A DNA stretch of 64,000 nucleotides from Candidatus Bathyarchaeia archaeon. GTDB lineage: Bacteria; Patescibacteriota; Microgenomatia; PFEM01; JAFGMK01. The stretch is from NCBI GenBank assembly GCA_035529595.1, contig DATKWK010000035.1, positions 113,067-177,066 on the forward strand, given 5' to 3'. Positions 7,871 to 18,390 of the stretch are shown here, piece after piece. Made by a program: the position numbers and the translations under genes. The number at the start of each line of letters is the position of its first letter. The first letter of the stretch is position 1. The notes below the pieces were generated by a model. The model did not search any database, was not told the DNA's origin, and worked only from the letters and a program-made list of their open reading frames with translations.

Positions 7871-9586
7871 TCAATTTCCCTCTGCTTTCTGAAAAACTTT
7901 TAGGTATTTATTAGCCTCTCTTCCTTCAAAAAGAACAACGTCATCTTTTTTCAGTAAAGAAAATATCTTTTGACGAAGATACCTTGGCGAACCGACTAGT
8001 GAAATTTTTTTTCGTTCTTCTTGATTAATACCAGCCAAAATTTCACGAAAATAATTTCGATTGGTTAAGAAAATTTGATCACAAATCTTAGTCGCTTTTC
8101 TAAAAACACGTTTGTGCTCAATCCAAGTTGCCTTACCCAGTTCGATCATTGGTTGAAAGATTAAAAACCTCTGTCCCAAGAATAGCTTTAAGTAATTAAG
8201 TGCCGCTAAAACACCTTCCGGATTACTATTGTATGTATCATTAATCAAAGTCGAATGATTCGGACCCTCAACCGAATTCATAGTTCCTGGCAATGACTTG
8301 ATCTTATCAATTTCTTGAGAAATTTCTTTCAAAGTTAATCCTAAATTAGATGCTATCGCAGTTGCCGCTAACAGGTTACTGATGTTTTGTTTACCCAATA
8401 GTCTGGCTTGAAATGTTTGTTTTTCTTCTCCTTTGGTAACTTGAAAATTAAGTTTATCCTTGAAAACCTTTATTTTAGAAGCATATAAATCAGTTTGGTA
8501 ATTTTTAGTTGAATAAAGTATTTTTTTTAAGCGGGTCAATTGAGAAAATTTTAAACATAATTTATCATCTGCATTTAAGATCACTAGACCGTTTCCCGGT
8601 AAACTATCAATCAACTCAAATTTTGCTTCCACTAAGTTTTCAAGTTTACCAAAAAGTGACAGATGTTGAGTTCCTAAGCCGGTGATTACACCAATTTCAG
8701 GTTTAACAACATCGCAAATCGTTTTGATTTCGCCTTTTTTATAGGCACCCATTTCAACAATATAAAATTGATCATTTCCGTCAAGTTCCAACAATATTTG
8801 CCTTGCTATACCAATTGCCGTATTATGATGAACATGCGTTGCCAAGATTTTAAATCGGCTATTTAAGATCGATGCAAGAAACTCTTTAGTGCTGGTTTTT
8901 CCGAAACTTCCGGTAATCCCGATTACTTTCAAGTCAGGATAAGTTTTTATTTTCTTAATTGCTTTTCTGATAATTTCCCTTTTAAAAAATAAGCTCGGTA
9001 AAGCAAGGGAAGCGACTGAAATAGCCACCCAAACCGCTATTAAAATGTCAGCCTCAAGGAAAACCTGTAGAACTCCGTCTGCGTAACGATTTATTTGGGC
9101 AACTTTAAAGCGGAAAAGCAAAAAACAAACTTGAAGCGAGACAGACTCAAGAGTAATTAATAAAGCTTTAAGAGTAAACTTAGGTCTTCTGAATTGATGA
9201 CGGAAGACCCGGCCTAAAATATAAAACATCTCACTGTAAAAAACTCCGCCCCACAGAACCCAATGGATATACCTGGCTTTGGCAAAAATTATAAAAACAT
9301 TCCCGTCGATAAAAAGGAATAACCAAACTAAAATCTTAAGAAGCAAATGAATATTTAACAAATCCCTTTTGCCTTGATAAGTTTTAAAGTAGTCCTTCAG
9401 CCGATCGAAACGGTACTCCTTTAACTGCCAAAGATAAAGAAAAGAAAAAAGATTACCCAAAACGACAACCACATAATAGACAGAAAACAGATCTCCCAAT
9501 AAAAAAGTAAGCAACTTGTTGCCGATGGGTAAAAGAAAAGTCACTATAAAGAACAGAATTGATGCGAAAAAAATAAAATATTCCAT
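7871..9586 (-). CDS. murF: MurF-like UDP-MurNAc-tripeptide--D-Ala-D-Ala ligase fused to an N-terminal ~200-aa polytopic membrane domain
   Basis: 571 aa. Residues ~215-571 carry MurF signatures 'IGITGSFGKTSTKEF', 'HNTAIGIA', 'EMGAYKKGEIK', 'ITGLGTQHLS', 'LINDTYNSNPEGVLAAL'. Residues 1-200 are 5-6 hydrophobic helices replacing canonical MurF domain 1. Confidence 0.75.
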   Translation of the reverse strand: MEYFIFFASILFFIVTFLLPIGNKLLTFLLGDLFSVYYVVVVLGNLFSFLYLWQLKEYRFDRLKDYFKTYQGKRDLLNIHLLLKILVWLFLFIDGNVFIIFAKARYIHWVLWGGVFYSEMFYILGRVFRHQFRRPKFTLKALLITLESVSLQVCFLLFRFKVAQINRYADGVLQVFLEADILIAVWVAISVASLALPSLFFKREIIRKAIKKIKTYPDLKVIGITGSFGKTSTKEFLASILNSRFKILATHVHHNTAIGIARQILLELDGNDQFYIVEMGAYKKGEIKTICDVVKPEIGVITGLGTQHLSLFGKLENLVEAKFELIDSLPGNGLVILNADDKLCLKFSQLTRLKKILYSTKNYQTDLYASKIKVFKDKLNFQVTKGEEKQTFQARLLGKQNISNLLAATAIASNLGLTLKEISQEIDKIKSLPGTMNSVEGPNHSTLINDTYNSNPEGVLAALNYLKLFLGQRFLIFQPMIELGKATWIEHKRVFRKATKICDQIFLTNRNYFREILAGINQEERKKISLVGSPRYLRQKIFSLLKKDDVVLFEGREANKYLKVFQKAEGN

Positions 9587-9589
9587 TTT

Positions 9590-10408
9590 TTAATTTGTTA
9601 GAAAAGGATTAATTTGTTCAGACAGAGCTTTTGGCTTTTCGTAGGGTAATTTATGGGAAGCGCCCGGAATGACTACCAAGAGAGATTTTTTGATCATCTT
9701 ATGAAGATAACGAGCTTGGAGAAGAGGTGTTACCCGATCATCTTCTCCCCAGACAATTAAAGTCGGCGACTTAATTTTTTTTATAATCTTTTCTTGATTA
9801 GCAGAAACTACTCTCGTAAACACTTTTTTCATGATACCTTGTGATTGATAATAATCTTTCTCCCGAGCAAAAAAATATAGATATCTTGTAAATTGACGTC
9901 TAAATAGAAAAAAAGGCGGCAGAAGAAAAATGACTTTTGCCATTTTAGCAACCAGCCAAAATGAAAATCGCTTCAAGGTTTTTTTTCGCAACACCGGCAC
10001 TCCGGTTAAAACCAGTTTCTCAACTTTTTCAGGATAAGTGACAGCGATCTCCAGCGCAACTCGACCACCAAAGGAATGACCAAGAAGGCAGAACTTTTCT
10101 AAAGCGATTGCCTGACAAAACTGAGTAACAAAATGGGCGTAGTCTTTTATCCCCCAGGAGAAATCAGGCAGGGATGTTTTTCCAAATCCAGGCATATCAG
10201 GAGCGAATGTATGAAAATTCCGAGCCAATATTTTTTGCAGCTGGGAAAAAACCGATCCCGACTTATCCCAACCATGAAGAAGCAGCAGCGGTTTTCCGCT
10301 TCCTTCCTCATGATAATAGACCTTAAGATCCTGAAGTTGAATTTTTTTTAGCTTCACCTTCCGTTTATTAAACTGATTTTTTGCCATTAACTTTCCTGAT
10401 TTCAGCAC
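9590..10408 (-). CDS. alpha/beta-fold hydrolase
   Basis: 272 aa. 'LLLLHGW' oxyanion region and nucleophile elbow 'GHSFGG'. Start may be the internal Met at 10387. Confidence 0.65.
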   Translation of the reverse strand: MLKSGKLMAKNQFNKRKVKLKKIQLQDLKVYYHEEGSGKPLLLLHGWDKSGSVFSQLQKILARNFHTFAPDMPGFGKTSLPDFSWGIKDYAHFVTQFCQAIALEKFCLLGHSFGGRVALEIAVTYPEKVEKLVLTGVPVLRKKTLKRFSFWLVAKMAKVIFLLPPFFLFRRQFTRYLYFFAREKDYYQSQGIMKKVFTRVVSANQEKIIKKIKSPTLIVWGEDDRVTPLLQARYLHKMIKKSLLVVIPGASHKLPYEKPKALSEQINPFLTN

Positions 10409-11645
10409 CCAAACTTCTCAGTCGTAGATGAGGCTCTTGGTAACCTCTTTCGATTAACTGAATATTTTCAATAATGCTTTCGCCTCGAGCGCAGAGGGAA
10501 GCTAATACCAGAGCCATTCCGGCGCGAATGTCAGGGCTTTCGAGAATTTTACCCTGTAAAGGTGTTGGTCCGTTAACTAAAACACGGTGCGGATCACAAA
10601 TTGTGATGTCGGCTCCCATCGTCGTCAATTTATCAATAAAAAACATTCTTGTTTCATACATCCAGTCATGGCAAAGAGTCGCTCCTTTCGCTTGAGTGGC
10701 CAACACGATTAACGGACTCATAAGATCGGTCGGAAAACCAGGCCAAGGCCGGGTTTGAATTTTGCCTCGCGGGGCTTTAAGCTTTGATTTTTTGATCAGC
10801 AGATCATTACCAACCAAACGCAAGTCAACTCCCATTCGCTTCAAGTAGAGCATAATCATATCCAGATCGCCGGGTATGGTATCCTTTATCAGAATTTCCC
10901 CTTTAGTAACCGCCGCAGCAATGGCAAAAGTACCGATCTCCATATAATCGGGAATGATTTTGATGGCTGCTCCCCCCAATTTTTTGACTCCATAAACATT
11001 AAGCCGATTAGTACCAAATCCCTCGATTCTGGCACCCATCTTAACTAGAAACTGAGCCAGATTTCGGACATGCGGTTCGCAGGCAGCATTCTCAATGACC
11101 GTCGTACCGGGAATCAGAGAGGCTAACATTATCGTATTTTCCGTCGCAGTTACTGAAGCCTCATCCAAAAAAATCCGGCTGGCATGCCCACGAATCAACT
11201 TCCCCTCATAATCTCCTTCGCCAACAAAAACTTCGGCACCAAGAGCTCTGAGTGCCTCAAAATGAGTCCCCACGGCCCTCTTGCCGATGAGACAACCGCC
11301 CGGATGTTTTAAACGAGCCTGACGGAAACGAGCCAAAAGAGGCCCCATGAAAAGAATCGAGGCTCGAAGTTTTTGGACTAGTTCTGGTTTTAGATGATGC
11401 TTTTTAACACCAGCAGTTTTGATTATCAGTTTTTCAGTACCCAGACCCTCGACTTTGGCCCCTAAATCTTTCAGAAGCTCGCCCATAATTGTGACATCAC
11501 TGATTTTAGGAACATTTTCAATTAGGCATTCTTCATCGGTCAGTAAAGTTGCTGCTATGATCGGCAAAATCGCATTCTTATTACCGGCTACTTTAATTTC
11601 ACCCTTTAGAGCCATCCCACCTTTAATTAAGTATCGAGCTGACAT
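10368..11645 (-). CDS. murA: UDP-N-acetylglucosamine 1-carboxyvinyltransferase
   Basis: 425 aa. 'IKVAGNKNAILPIIAA' and active-site Cys loop 'KHPGGCLIGKRAVGTH'. Two-domain EPT architecture. Confidence 0.9.
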   Translation of the reverse strand: MSARYLIKGGMALKGEIKVAGNKNAILPIIAATLLTDEECLIENVPKISDVTIMGELLKDLGAKVEGLGTEKLIIKTAGVKKHHLKPELVQKLRASILFMGPLLARFRQARLKHPGGCLIGKRAVGTHFEALRALGAEVFVGEGDYEGKLIRGHASRIFLDEASVTATENTIMLASLIPGTTVIENAACEPHVRNLAQFLVKMGARIEGFGTNRLNVYGVKKLGGAAIKIIPDYMEIGTFAIAAAVTKGEILIKDTIPGDLDMIMLYLKRMGVDLRLVGNDLLIKKSKLKAPRGKIQTRPWPGFPTDLMSPLIVLATQAKGATLCHDWMYETRMFFIDKLTTMGADITICDPHRVLVNGPTPLQGKILESPDIRAGMALVLASLCARGESIIENIQLIERGYQEPHLRLRSLGAEIRKVNGKKSV

Positions 11646-11715
11646 TGGAAAACTCCCTTCTTAAATTTCGACTGTTTAATATTATAAACCAAACCGGTTA
11701 CTATTCTAAATAAAA

Positions 11716-12783
11716 TCAAAAAATATCCGGGTAATTATTTCTCGCATATGATTGGACAAAAGGATAAATGAATTTCTGTAGCCAGTTAAAATTGGACATA
11801 GATAAAATCAATCGCCTCATCAATTTTGCCTTTCTGATCGGAAAGACATAGTCATAGCTTCCAAACTTTCCCCACAGATACCGGTTTACCAGGCTTGCCT
11901 TTATCTTACCGTCAAGATGCCTTTTAATAAGCGCTTTATAGTCACTGTTTTCAATAATGCTTTTAGCCGCCAGATAGCCTGATCCAATGGCATACCTGAT
12001 CCCGAAACCCCAAAAAAAATCCTGCAAGCCGGCTGCCTCGCCAACAAATAATTTTCTCCCTTCTTGAAGTTTTGGATTTATCAAGAAGCTGGCTATTCCA
12101 GAAAACCGTCTTACCGACCGTAACTTAAGATCGAATTTTTTGATGAAAAAACTCTTTGTTTTCTGTAAGTAGTCGCTGATATTAATCTCTTTTATATCTT
12201 TAATCGCAGCGACACAAAGACATCCATAATGGTCTGCAATATGAAGATAACCATACCCGCCCGGAGCAAACCGGTCATTGAAAATCACCACTGATTTGTC
12301 CTTCGAATCCGTTTGAAAAGTGATTCCCTTAGCTAAGCCAAAAACATGAGACAAATTGGGCCCGGTCGCAATAATGTCGGCTTTATTCAAAGCTAATGAT
12401 TGATTAAAGTGAATATTTACACCTAAATCCAGCGCCTGCTCTTTCAAGCTATAATCAAGACTGCCAAGAAAATTCCCTCGTTTTACTAAATAAACAAGAA
12501 CTCCCGAACCGGAAAGCCGATTCCAAAACTGACTATTAGTAAGCATCAGGTCTGAAACCGGTTTATGGTAAAAGCGGTGATAAATACTCGCTTTCTTTAG
12601 GAATTCTAAGACATCTTCTTTTTCCGTCCAATTCTCTAGACCCTGAAAATCACCGTGAAACCTCACTCCCACATCAGATGCCTGCTCATAGATATCAACC
12701 TGATAATCGTGTTTGGCCAAGTTGATCGCGGCTGTCATACCGGCAAGTCCGGCACCTAAAATGATAATTTTTCTTCTTTTCAT
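11716..12783 (-). CDS. FAD/NAD(P)-binding oxidoreductase (geranylgeranyl-reductase-like family)
   Basis: 355 aa. N-terminal dinucleotide-binding 'KIIILGAGLAGMTAAINLA...DIYEQ'. Confidence 0.6.
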   Translation of the reverse strand: MKRRKIIILGAGLAGMTAAINLAKHDYQVDIYEQASDVGVRFHGDFQGLENWTEKEDVLEFLKKASIYHRFYHKPVSDLMLTNSQFWNRLSGSGVLVYLVKRGNFLGSLDYSLKEQALDLGVNIHFNQSLALNKADIIATGPNLSHVFGLAKGITFQTDSKDKSVVIFNDRFAPGGYGYLHIADHYGCLCVAAIKDIKEINISDYLQKTKSFFIKKFDLKLRSVRRFSGIASFLINPKLQEGRKLFVGEAAGLQDFFWGFGIRYAIGSGYLAAKSIIENSDYKALIKRHLDGKIKASLVNRYLWGKFGSYDYVFPIRKAKLMRRLILSMSNFNWLQKFIYPFVQSYARNNYPDIF

Positions 12784-14229
12784 TTATTTAGCAAGTTTTT
12801 TAAGTTGGCGGACAATCATCTTGGCCAGTTGACTGCTATTGCCTGCTCCAAAAACGATGACTACGTCTTCTGAACGACTGTTTTTGGCAATAAAATCAGC
12901 TACTTTTTTGAAGTCTTCGATACAGCTTGCCTTTGGTAAGCCGATTTTAGCTGCCAATTCTTGGGCACTTAGACCGGAAGTTATTTTCTCTCTCCCCCAG
13001 AAAATTTCAGTAACTATTACCTGATTTGCCTTCTTCAGAGCGGTAACAAATTCATTCGTAAAAAACCGGAATCGCGTTTGGTGAGGCTCCAGTACTGCCC
13101 AAATAAACGACTTGGGATATCTTTGTTTAACTGCTTCTATTGTCGCTGCAATCTGAGTCGGATGATGGCCATAATCGTCAATTACGATCCTCCTGGCTTC
13201 TTTCCCAACAATTTCAAATCGTCTCTTAACGCCTGAAAAACTGTTAAAAACGGTTTTTAGCGTTTCACTATTAATGTTAAGAAACCAACCGCAAGCATAA
13301 GCCGCTAGAGCATTGTAAACATTGTGCCTGCCCGGAATTCTCAATTGGAAATCTTCTTTAATGGTTTTTTTTCCATGATCAAAAACAATCGAAAACCTGG
13401 TTGAAAATTTTTCTTGCCGGTTAATTATTCCCCGGAAATCTTTAGCAAAAGGAAAATCAAACGCCGAATCGAGATGAAAAGCGGTTATTTGAACCCTCTC
13501 CCGGTTTAATCTTAACTGGTTTTTGACTAAAATCTGCCGAATATTGTCATCATCACTATTAACAATAAGGATTTTGGGTTGATCCAGACGAAAGATGAAC
13601 CGGGTAAAACTTTTTCTTAGCTGGTCAAGGTTTGAAAAAAATTCAGGGTGATCCATTTCAATATTGGTGATAACGGCCATCTTGGGAGAATAGTTAAGAA
13701 AATTATTATAGTACTCATCAGCTTCACAAATAAAATAATTTGACTCGCCGCAGCGGACATTTGCTTGCCACACCGGAACGACACCGCCAACCAGCACAGT
13801 AGGATCAAGTTTTCCCGCCTCTAAAATCTGGCCGACTAAAGCGGAAGTAGTTGTCTTTCCGTGGGTTCCGGCAATGCAGACAAGATATTTATCTTTCTGA
13901 AGATACCGACCTATAAACTGCTGCCACGTTAATATAATTCCTCGTCTTTTTGCTTCCCGAATTTCAGGATGACGACTATTGACAATCAACACCGCCGGCG
14001 AAGTTACCAAAAGATCAGCTTTTCTCAAATGGCTGATATTATGACCGCCATGAATAGGGATCTTTAATTTCCTCAGTTGGTCAGTTGACGACGTGTTGGG
14101 ATTAAGATCACAGCCACTAACTTGAAAACCCTCGTACCTGGCAAGATAAGCGGCACCTGAACAACCACTGCCGCTAATACCCATAAAATGAATCCTCTTA
14201 ATCTCTTTTGCTGTTTTTCTCTTTTTCAC
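12784..14229 (-). CDS. murC: UDP-N-acetylmuramate--L-alanine ligase
   Basis: 481 aa. 'IHFMGISGSGCSGAAYLA' (MurC N-domain) and P-loop 'CIAGTHGKTTTSALV'. Confidence 0.85.
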   Translation of the reverse strand: MKKRKTAKEIKRIHFMGISGSGCSGAAYLARYEGFQVSGCDLNPNTSSTDQLRKLKIPIHGGHNISHLRKADLLVTSPAVLIVNSRHPEIREAKRRGIILTWQQFIGRYLQKDKYLVCIAGTHGKTTTSALVGQILEAGKLDPTVLVGGVVPVWQANVRCGESNYFICEADEYYNNFLNYSPKMAVITNIEMDHPEFFSNLDQLRKSFTRFIFRLDQPKILIVNSDDDNIRQILVKNQLRLNRERVQITAFHLDSAFDFPFAKDFRGIINRQEKFSTRFSIVFDHGKKTIKEDFQLRIPGRHNVYNALAAYACGWFLNINSETLKTVFNSFSGVKRRFEIVGKEARRIVIDDYGHHPTQIAATIEAVKQRYPKSFIWAVLEPHQTRFRFFTNEFVTALKKANQVIVTEIFWGREKITSGLSAQELAAKIGLPKASCIEDFKKVADFIAKNSRSEDVVIVFGAGNSSQLAKMIVRQLKKLAK

Positions 14230-14969
14230 AAGTTGTCTCCGATAGCGGCCACCGTTAAAAATTCGCCGAATGGACGGCCGTCTTTTCGAAAAGAAAAGAA
14301 TTCATCATTTCGACAGGCAGTACAGATACCGGCCGGTTCTATATTCTTTACCGGTATCCCGGATGTACGCAACTGCCAGATTAAAGGAACAGAGAGATCA
14401 AGATAATAAGCAGCATCCCTTATGTTTATCATGCCTGGCAAGTCACCAAAATTAGCCCGAAATTGTCTGGCTCTTTGTTTATTTATCCGGTAACAACAAG
14501 GCCCGATATGAGGCCCAATTCCAACCACAATATCTCCGACATGTCCTCCTAATTCTTTCAGCTTATCAACTAATTGACAGACAATATTATTAATAATTCC
14601 TTTCCATCCAGCGTGAGCAACACCTAAAACTATCTCCTGAGGATCATAAGCCACCAGAGGCAGGCAATCGGCGGTTTTAATTGCCAAAATTAGATTTTTT
14701 TCCTGAGTAACCAGACCATCTACTTTTTTAATCTCTGTCCCTTTATGATTAATCCAGGCAATTTCCACCCGGTTGCCATGAACCTGTTCCATAGTGACTA
14801 AATCATCAATCCTCAGGCCAATTTTACCTAAGAACTTTTGGATATTTTGTCTTTGTTTTACCTTGTCGGCCTCTGTCATATCTCCCATTGACCGGGAAGA
14901 AATTGCCTGAGTTAAATTTTCTTGTTGACTTAAGAGCTTGAAATAATAAAGATGTTCTTTCTTAAGCAT
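14226..14969 (-). CDS. pgeF: peptidoglycan editing factor PgeF / YfiH (DUF152 laccase-domain protein)
   Basis: 247 aa. 'KTADCLPL', 'VAHAGWKG' and 'GICTAC' match the conserved Cys/His triad of YfiH. Confidence 0.8.
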   Translation of the reverse strand: MLKKEHLYYFKLLSQQENLTQAISSRSMGDMTEADKVKQRQNIQKFLGKIGLRIDDLVTMEQVHGNRVEIAWINHKGTEIKKVDGLVTQEKNLILAIKTADCLPLVAYDPQEIVLGVAHAGWKGIINNIVCQLVDKLKELGGHVGDIVVGIGPHIGPCCYRINKQRARQFRANFGDLPGMINIRDAAYYLDLSVPLIWQLRTSGIPVKNIEPAGICTACRNDEFFSFRKDGRPFGEFLTVAAIGDNL

Positions 14970-16278
14970 TGCCCAACCTTTCCCGTAAGGCTGTTTTTAT
15001 TTCTTCATGCTCACTCCAGGGTTTTTCAATTCGCCCATAACATAGGCTCGCTTCATGTCCTTTACCGAAAAAGGCCACGATATCGTTCTTGCAAGCCAAT
15101 TTATTAATTGCAAACCTGATTGCTTCTCTTCTGTCAGATATCCGAAAATAAACACCTTTCAGCTTGCTAATCTGAGACTCGTTAATACCTGTCGGACTTT
15201 GATAAGTCAAATGACCTTTAAGGCATCCTTGAGCAATCTGATCAATAATTTTTTCCACGTCTTCGGTTCTTGGGTCTTCAGCGGTTAAAATCACAACATC
15301 GGCTATTCGAGCTGCAATCTCGCCCATCAGCGGTCTTTTATAAAAATCACGTAAGCCCGCACAGCCAAAAACGGCTATTATTCTTCTCTCGTTAGATTTT
15401 TCCTTCAAAGCAGTCAGTGCTTGTTGAAGACCATTAGGGGTATGGGCAAAATCAACAAAAACTTGGAAGTCTTGCCCTAAATCTATAATTTCCATCCGGC
15501 CGGTTACTCCAGTAAAAGCAGCCAGGCTTTTTCTGATTGTTTTATCGTCTATTTCTAAAGTTTTGGCAACGGCAATTGCCGCCAAACAGTTATACCGGTT
15601 ATACTCGCCGATCAGAGGGGTTTTAAACCTATAGGTGTTAGGAGTAAATTCGGCTTTCTTCTTAACCGCGTAAGTAACCAGCCGTGAGTTTCTTGATCTA
15701 GCCGTGTTTAGATAACTAAACGAACGATCATCTCTATTTAATACGACTACTTTGGTTTTTTTGAATAGCTTCCCCTTTACTTCTAAATATTTTGAATAAG
15801 TACCGTGATAATCCAAGTGTTCAGAAGTGACATTAGTAATTACCGCCATCTCAAATCTAATCCCCAGGAAGCGATTTTGTGCCAATCCATGGGAAGTACA
15901 TTCAAGTACTAAATATTTGATTTTTTGGTCAGCGATGTTCCGTAAAAGTCGCTGCAAAAAAAAAGGTTGGGGCGAGGTAACGTGAAGACCGATAGGGATT
16001 TTTTCTTGGCCGATTTTGGCACAGACTGTCGAAATAAGGGCCGCTTTTTTGCCGGCATGCAGTAAAATTTTATAGATCAATGTCGAAGTGGTTGTTTTAC
16101 CATCGGTTCCGGTAACGCCAATTATATAAAGTTTCCGGGAAGGAAACCGGAAATATAAATTGGCCGCTATCGCTTTCGGACCATGCCAAAAAAGATTAAC
16201 CAGCCAATCAGGGAAAAGTAACCGAAGATTCTCTCCCAGCTTACTATAACGAATCTTAGTCAAAATTCCTGAAAACAT
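14962..16278 (-). CDS. murE: UDP-N-acetylmuramoyl-L-alanyl-D-glutamate--diamino acid ligase (MurE); 'EDPR' suggests a DAP-type substrate
   Basis: 438 aa. 'IIGVTGTDGKTTTSTL', 'LECTSHGL', 'DFAHTPNGL', 'GCAGLRDFYKRP', and 'LTAEDPRTED' aligning to the E. coli DNPR motif. Confidence 0.85.
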   Translation of the reverse strand: MFSGILTKIRYSKLGENLRLLFPDWLVNLFWHGPKAIAANLYFRFPSRKLYIIGVTGTDGKTTTSTLIYKILLHAGKKAALISTVCAKIGQEKIPIGLHVTSPQPFFLQRLLRNIADQKIKYLVLECTSHGLAQNRFLGIRFEMAVITNVTSEHLDYHGTYSKYLEVKGKLFKKTKVVVLNRDDRSFSYLNTARSRNSRLVTYAVKKKAEFTPNTYRFKTPLIGEYNRYNCLAAIAVAKTLEIDDKTIRKSLAAFTGVTGRMEIIDLGQDFQVFVDFAHTPNGLQQALTALKEKSNERRIIAVFGCAGLRDFYKRPLMGEIAARIADVVILTAEDPRTEDVEKIIDQIAQGCLKGHLTYQSPTGINESQISKLKGVYFRISDRREAIRFAINKLACKNDIVAFFGKGHEASLCYGRIEKPWSEHEEIKTALRERLGNA

Positions 16279-16315
16279 CTAACAAAATTATATCATTTAA
16301 AACCTAATCAGAAAC

Positions 16316-18082
16316 TTATTTAGTGGGCGAAATACCATAGTATGTAAAAAGCTCTTTAGCGATATCAAACCAAAGTGGGGCAGCAGTTTCTGAACCCCAG
16401 GGCGATGAAGTTGGTTCTCTTAAGGTAACTAACATCGCAAAACGCGGTTGTTGGGCCGGAGCAAAACCGATAAACGAAGCAATAGTTTTATCCCGATCGT
16501 AGTGTCCGGCAACGGGGATTTGGGCGGTACCGGTTTTTCCAGCTACAAGAAAACCGGTCGGTTTAGTCCACTTTGCTTCTCCTCTCTCTACGGCAGCAAC
16601 CATCATCTCCGTTAATGTTTTAGCCGTCGACCCTTTAAGGACTGTTTTCCCCATCTCAGGTTCGATCATCGTCGTTTTACCTTGATCAATAACTCCTTTA
16701 ACGATAAAAGGTTTAACTAATTTCCCTCCATTGGCGATGACAGACACCGCCCTTAACATTTGGATCGGAGTTACGGCAATTCCTTGACCAAAACTTGCCG
16801 TCGCTAAGTCAATTTCTCTCCATTCTTTTTCCAGTCGCAAAGAGACAGTGTCTTCTTCTTGAAGATCAATTCCGGTTAACTGTCCAAGACCAAATTTTTT
16901 CAAGTAGGCATGAAGTTTCTTGATCCCTAGCTGCCGACCAACGAAAACCATACCCAAATTGTCCGAGTGAACCAAAATATCGGTCGCAGTTGAATTAGGA
17001 TAGTATTGGTTGTTCCAAGTATTAATGGTATAACCGGCAATCTCAACCGGTCCTCCACACGAAGTGCACTGTGTTTCCGGCCCAATTACCCCTTCATTAA
17101 CAGCCGCTGCCATGATCAAAACCTTGAAGGTTGAACCTGGCTCGTATGAAGAAGCAACCGCCGGGTTTAAAAAGATCTTTTCGTCAAACTCGGAGTAAAT
17201 AGAAGGGTCGTAGGTCGGCAATGAAACCATTGCCAGGACTGCTCCATTGCCAGGATCTATAATAAGCACTGAACCGCTTATTGCCCCATATTTGGCTAAA
17301 GCTTGTTTTAAGCGATTTTCCACAATAAACTGTAACGTCCGGTCGAGACTAGTTAAAAGACTGCGACCGTCTCTTTTGTCCTCTCTTTGAGAGATTCCCA
17401 ATAAAATTGGTTTTCCTGAAGCATCTTTTTCGCGCTTAAGATATCCTGGATGACCCTGAAGTTCCAAATCATAAAATCCCTCAAGTCCAAAATAACCTTT
17501 CGGTTTACCGTTTACATCACTTCCGACAAAACCCATTAAATGGGCCGAGGCAGTTCCCTCAGGATATGTCCGTTTCTGCTCGCGCTCAAAACCGAGACCG
17601 CCAATGCGCATAGCTTCTATTTTCTCTTTTGCCTCCCTTGAAATCTTATGTTGAATCGGTAACCAACTGACGTCCTGACGAAGAAATTGCTGCTTAATCT
17701 CCTCTTCTTTAATTTTGATCAATTCCTGCACCTCTTCAGCGGTAATCCCACTGGCGGTAGCTGTTTTAACAAGATCATTCATCTGTTCATCAACTAATAT
17801 CGGCGCTAACTCTTGTGCAACCGATTCGAAATCTTTACCGATTTCTGATAACGAGACATACAATAGGTAGACTTCTTGGTTGGTCACGAAGGGGAAATTA
17901 TCAGAGGCAAAAAATTGTCCTCTCTGGGCGGGGATTTCCAGAACATCTAAATGCTGCTTAGCCGCGGCTGATGCTAATTCGTCTGTCTTTAAAATCTGCC
18001 AATAAAAAAGTCGCCCCAAAACTAAGAAGGAGAAAAGCCACAAAGAAAGTAAAGAAATTCGTATCCGACGAGAAGTATCCAT
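16316..18082 (-). CDS. ftsI: class B penicillin-binding protein (FtsI/PBP2-type transpeptidase)
   Basis: 588 aa. N-terminal TM anchor, active-site 'GSTFK' (SxxK), 'HSDN' (SxN) and 'AGKTGTA' (KTG). Confidence 0.85.
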   Translation of the reverse strand: MDTSRRIRISLLSLWLFSFLVLGRLFYWQILKTDELASAAAKQHLDVLEIPAQRGQFFASDNFPFVTNQEVYLLYVSLSEIGKDFESVAQELAPILVDEQMNDLVKTATASGITAEEVQELIKIKEEEIKQQFLRQDVSWLPIQHKISREAKEKIEAMRIGGLGFEREQKRTYPEGTASAHLMGFVGSDVNGKPKGYFGLEGFYDLELQGHPGYLKREKDASGKPILLGISQREDKRDGRSLLTSLDRTLQFIVENRLKQALAKYGAISGSVLIIDPGNGAVLAMVSLPTYDPSIYSEFDEKIFLNPAVASSYEPGSTFKVLIMAAAVNEGVIGPETQCTSCGGPVEIAGYTINTWNNQYYPNSTATDILVHSDNLGMVFVGRQLGIKKLHAYLKKFGLGQLTGIDLQEEDTVSLRLEKEWREIDLATASFGQGIAVTPIQMLRAVSVIANGGKLVKPFIVKGVIDQGKTTMIEPEMGKTVLKGSTAKTLTEMMVAAVERGEAKWTKPTGFLVAGKTGTAQIPVAGHYDRDKTIASFIGFAPAQQPRFAMLVTLREPTSSPWGSETAAPLWFDIAKELFTYYGISPTK

Positions 18083-18090
18083 CAGGTAAT

Positions 18091-18390
18091 TTAATCATTT
18101 AAAGCTACGGAAACTCCCGAGGTTAAGTAGACGATATCTGCTAGCGGCCTAAACCCGAGAGCCTGAGCTTTTTGGCTAATTACACTGAGCGAACCTTTTT
18201 GATCAATGCCCTCGCAAAGCTTTTGATTCTCTTCACGAGTTCTCAGTACTTCATTCTCCAATTCGGCGACTACTTTTCCGGCTGTCGCCAGTCGGTGAGA
18301 AACGTAAATTTGAACTAGAGCCAAAAACAAAACTAGCGAAAAAAAGATGCTCACGACATAGAAAAACTTTTTAGGTCGTTTTTTATTCAT
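18091..18390 (-). CDS. ftsL: cell division protein FtsL-like (small bitopic coiled-coil protein)
   Basis: 99 aa, single TM then a coiled-coil. Sits between rsmH and ftsI, as ftsL does in dcw clusters. Confidence 0.55.
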   Translation of the reverse strand: MNKKRPKKFFYVVSIFFSLVLFLALVQIYVSHRLATAGKVVAELENEVLRTREENQKLCEGIDQKGSLSVISQKAQALGFRPLADIVYLTSGVSVALND

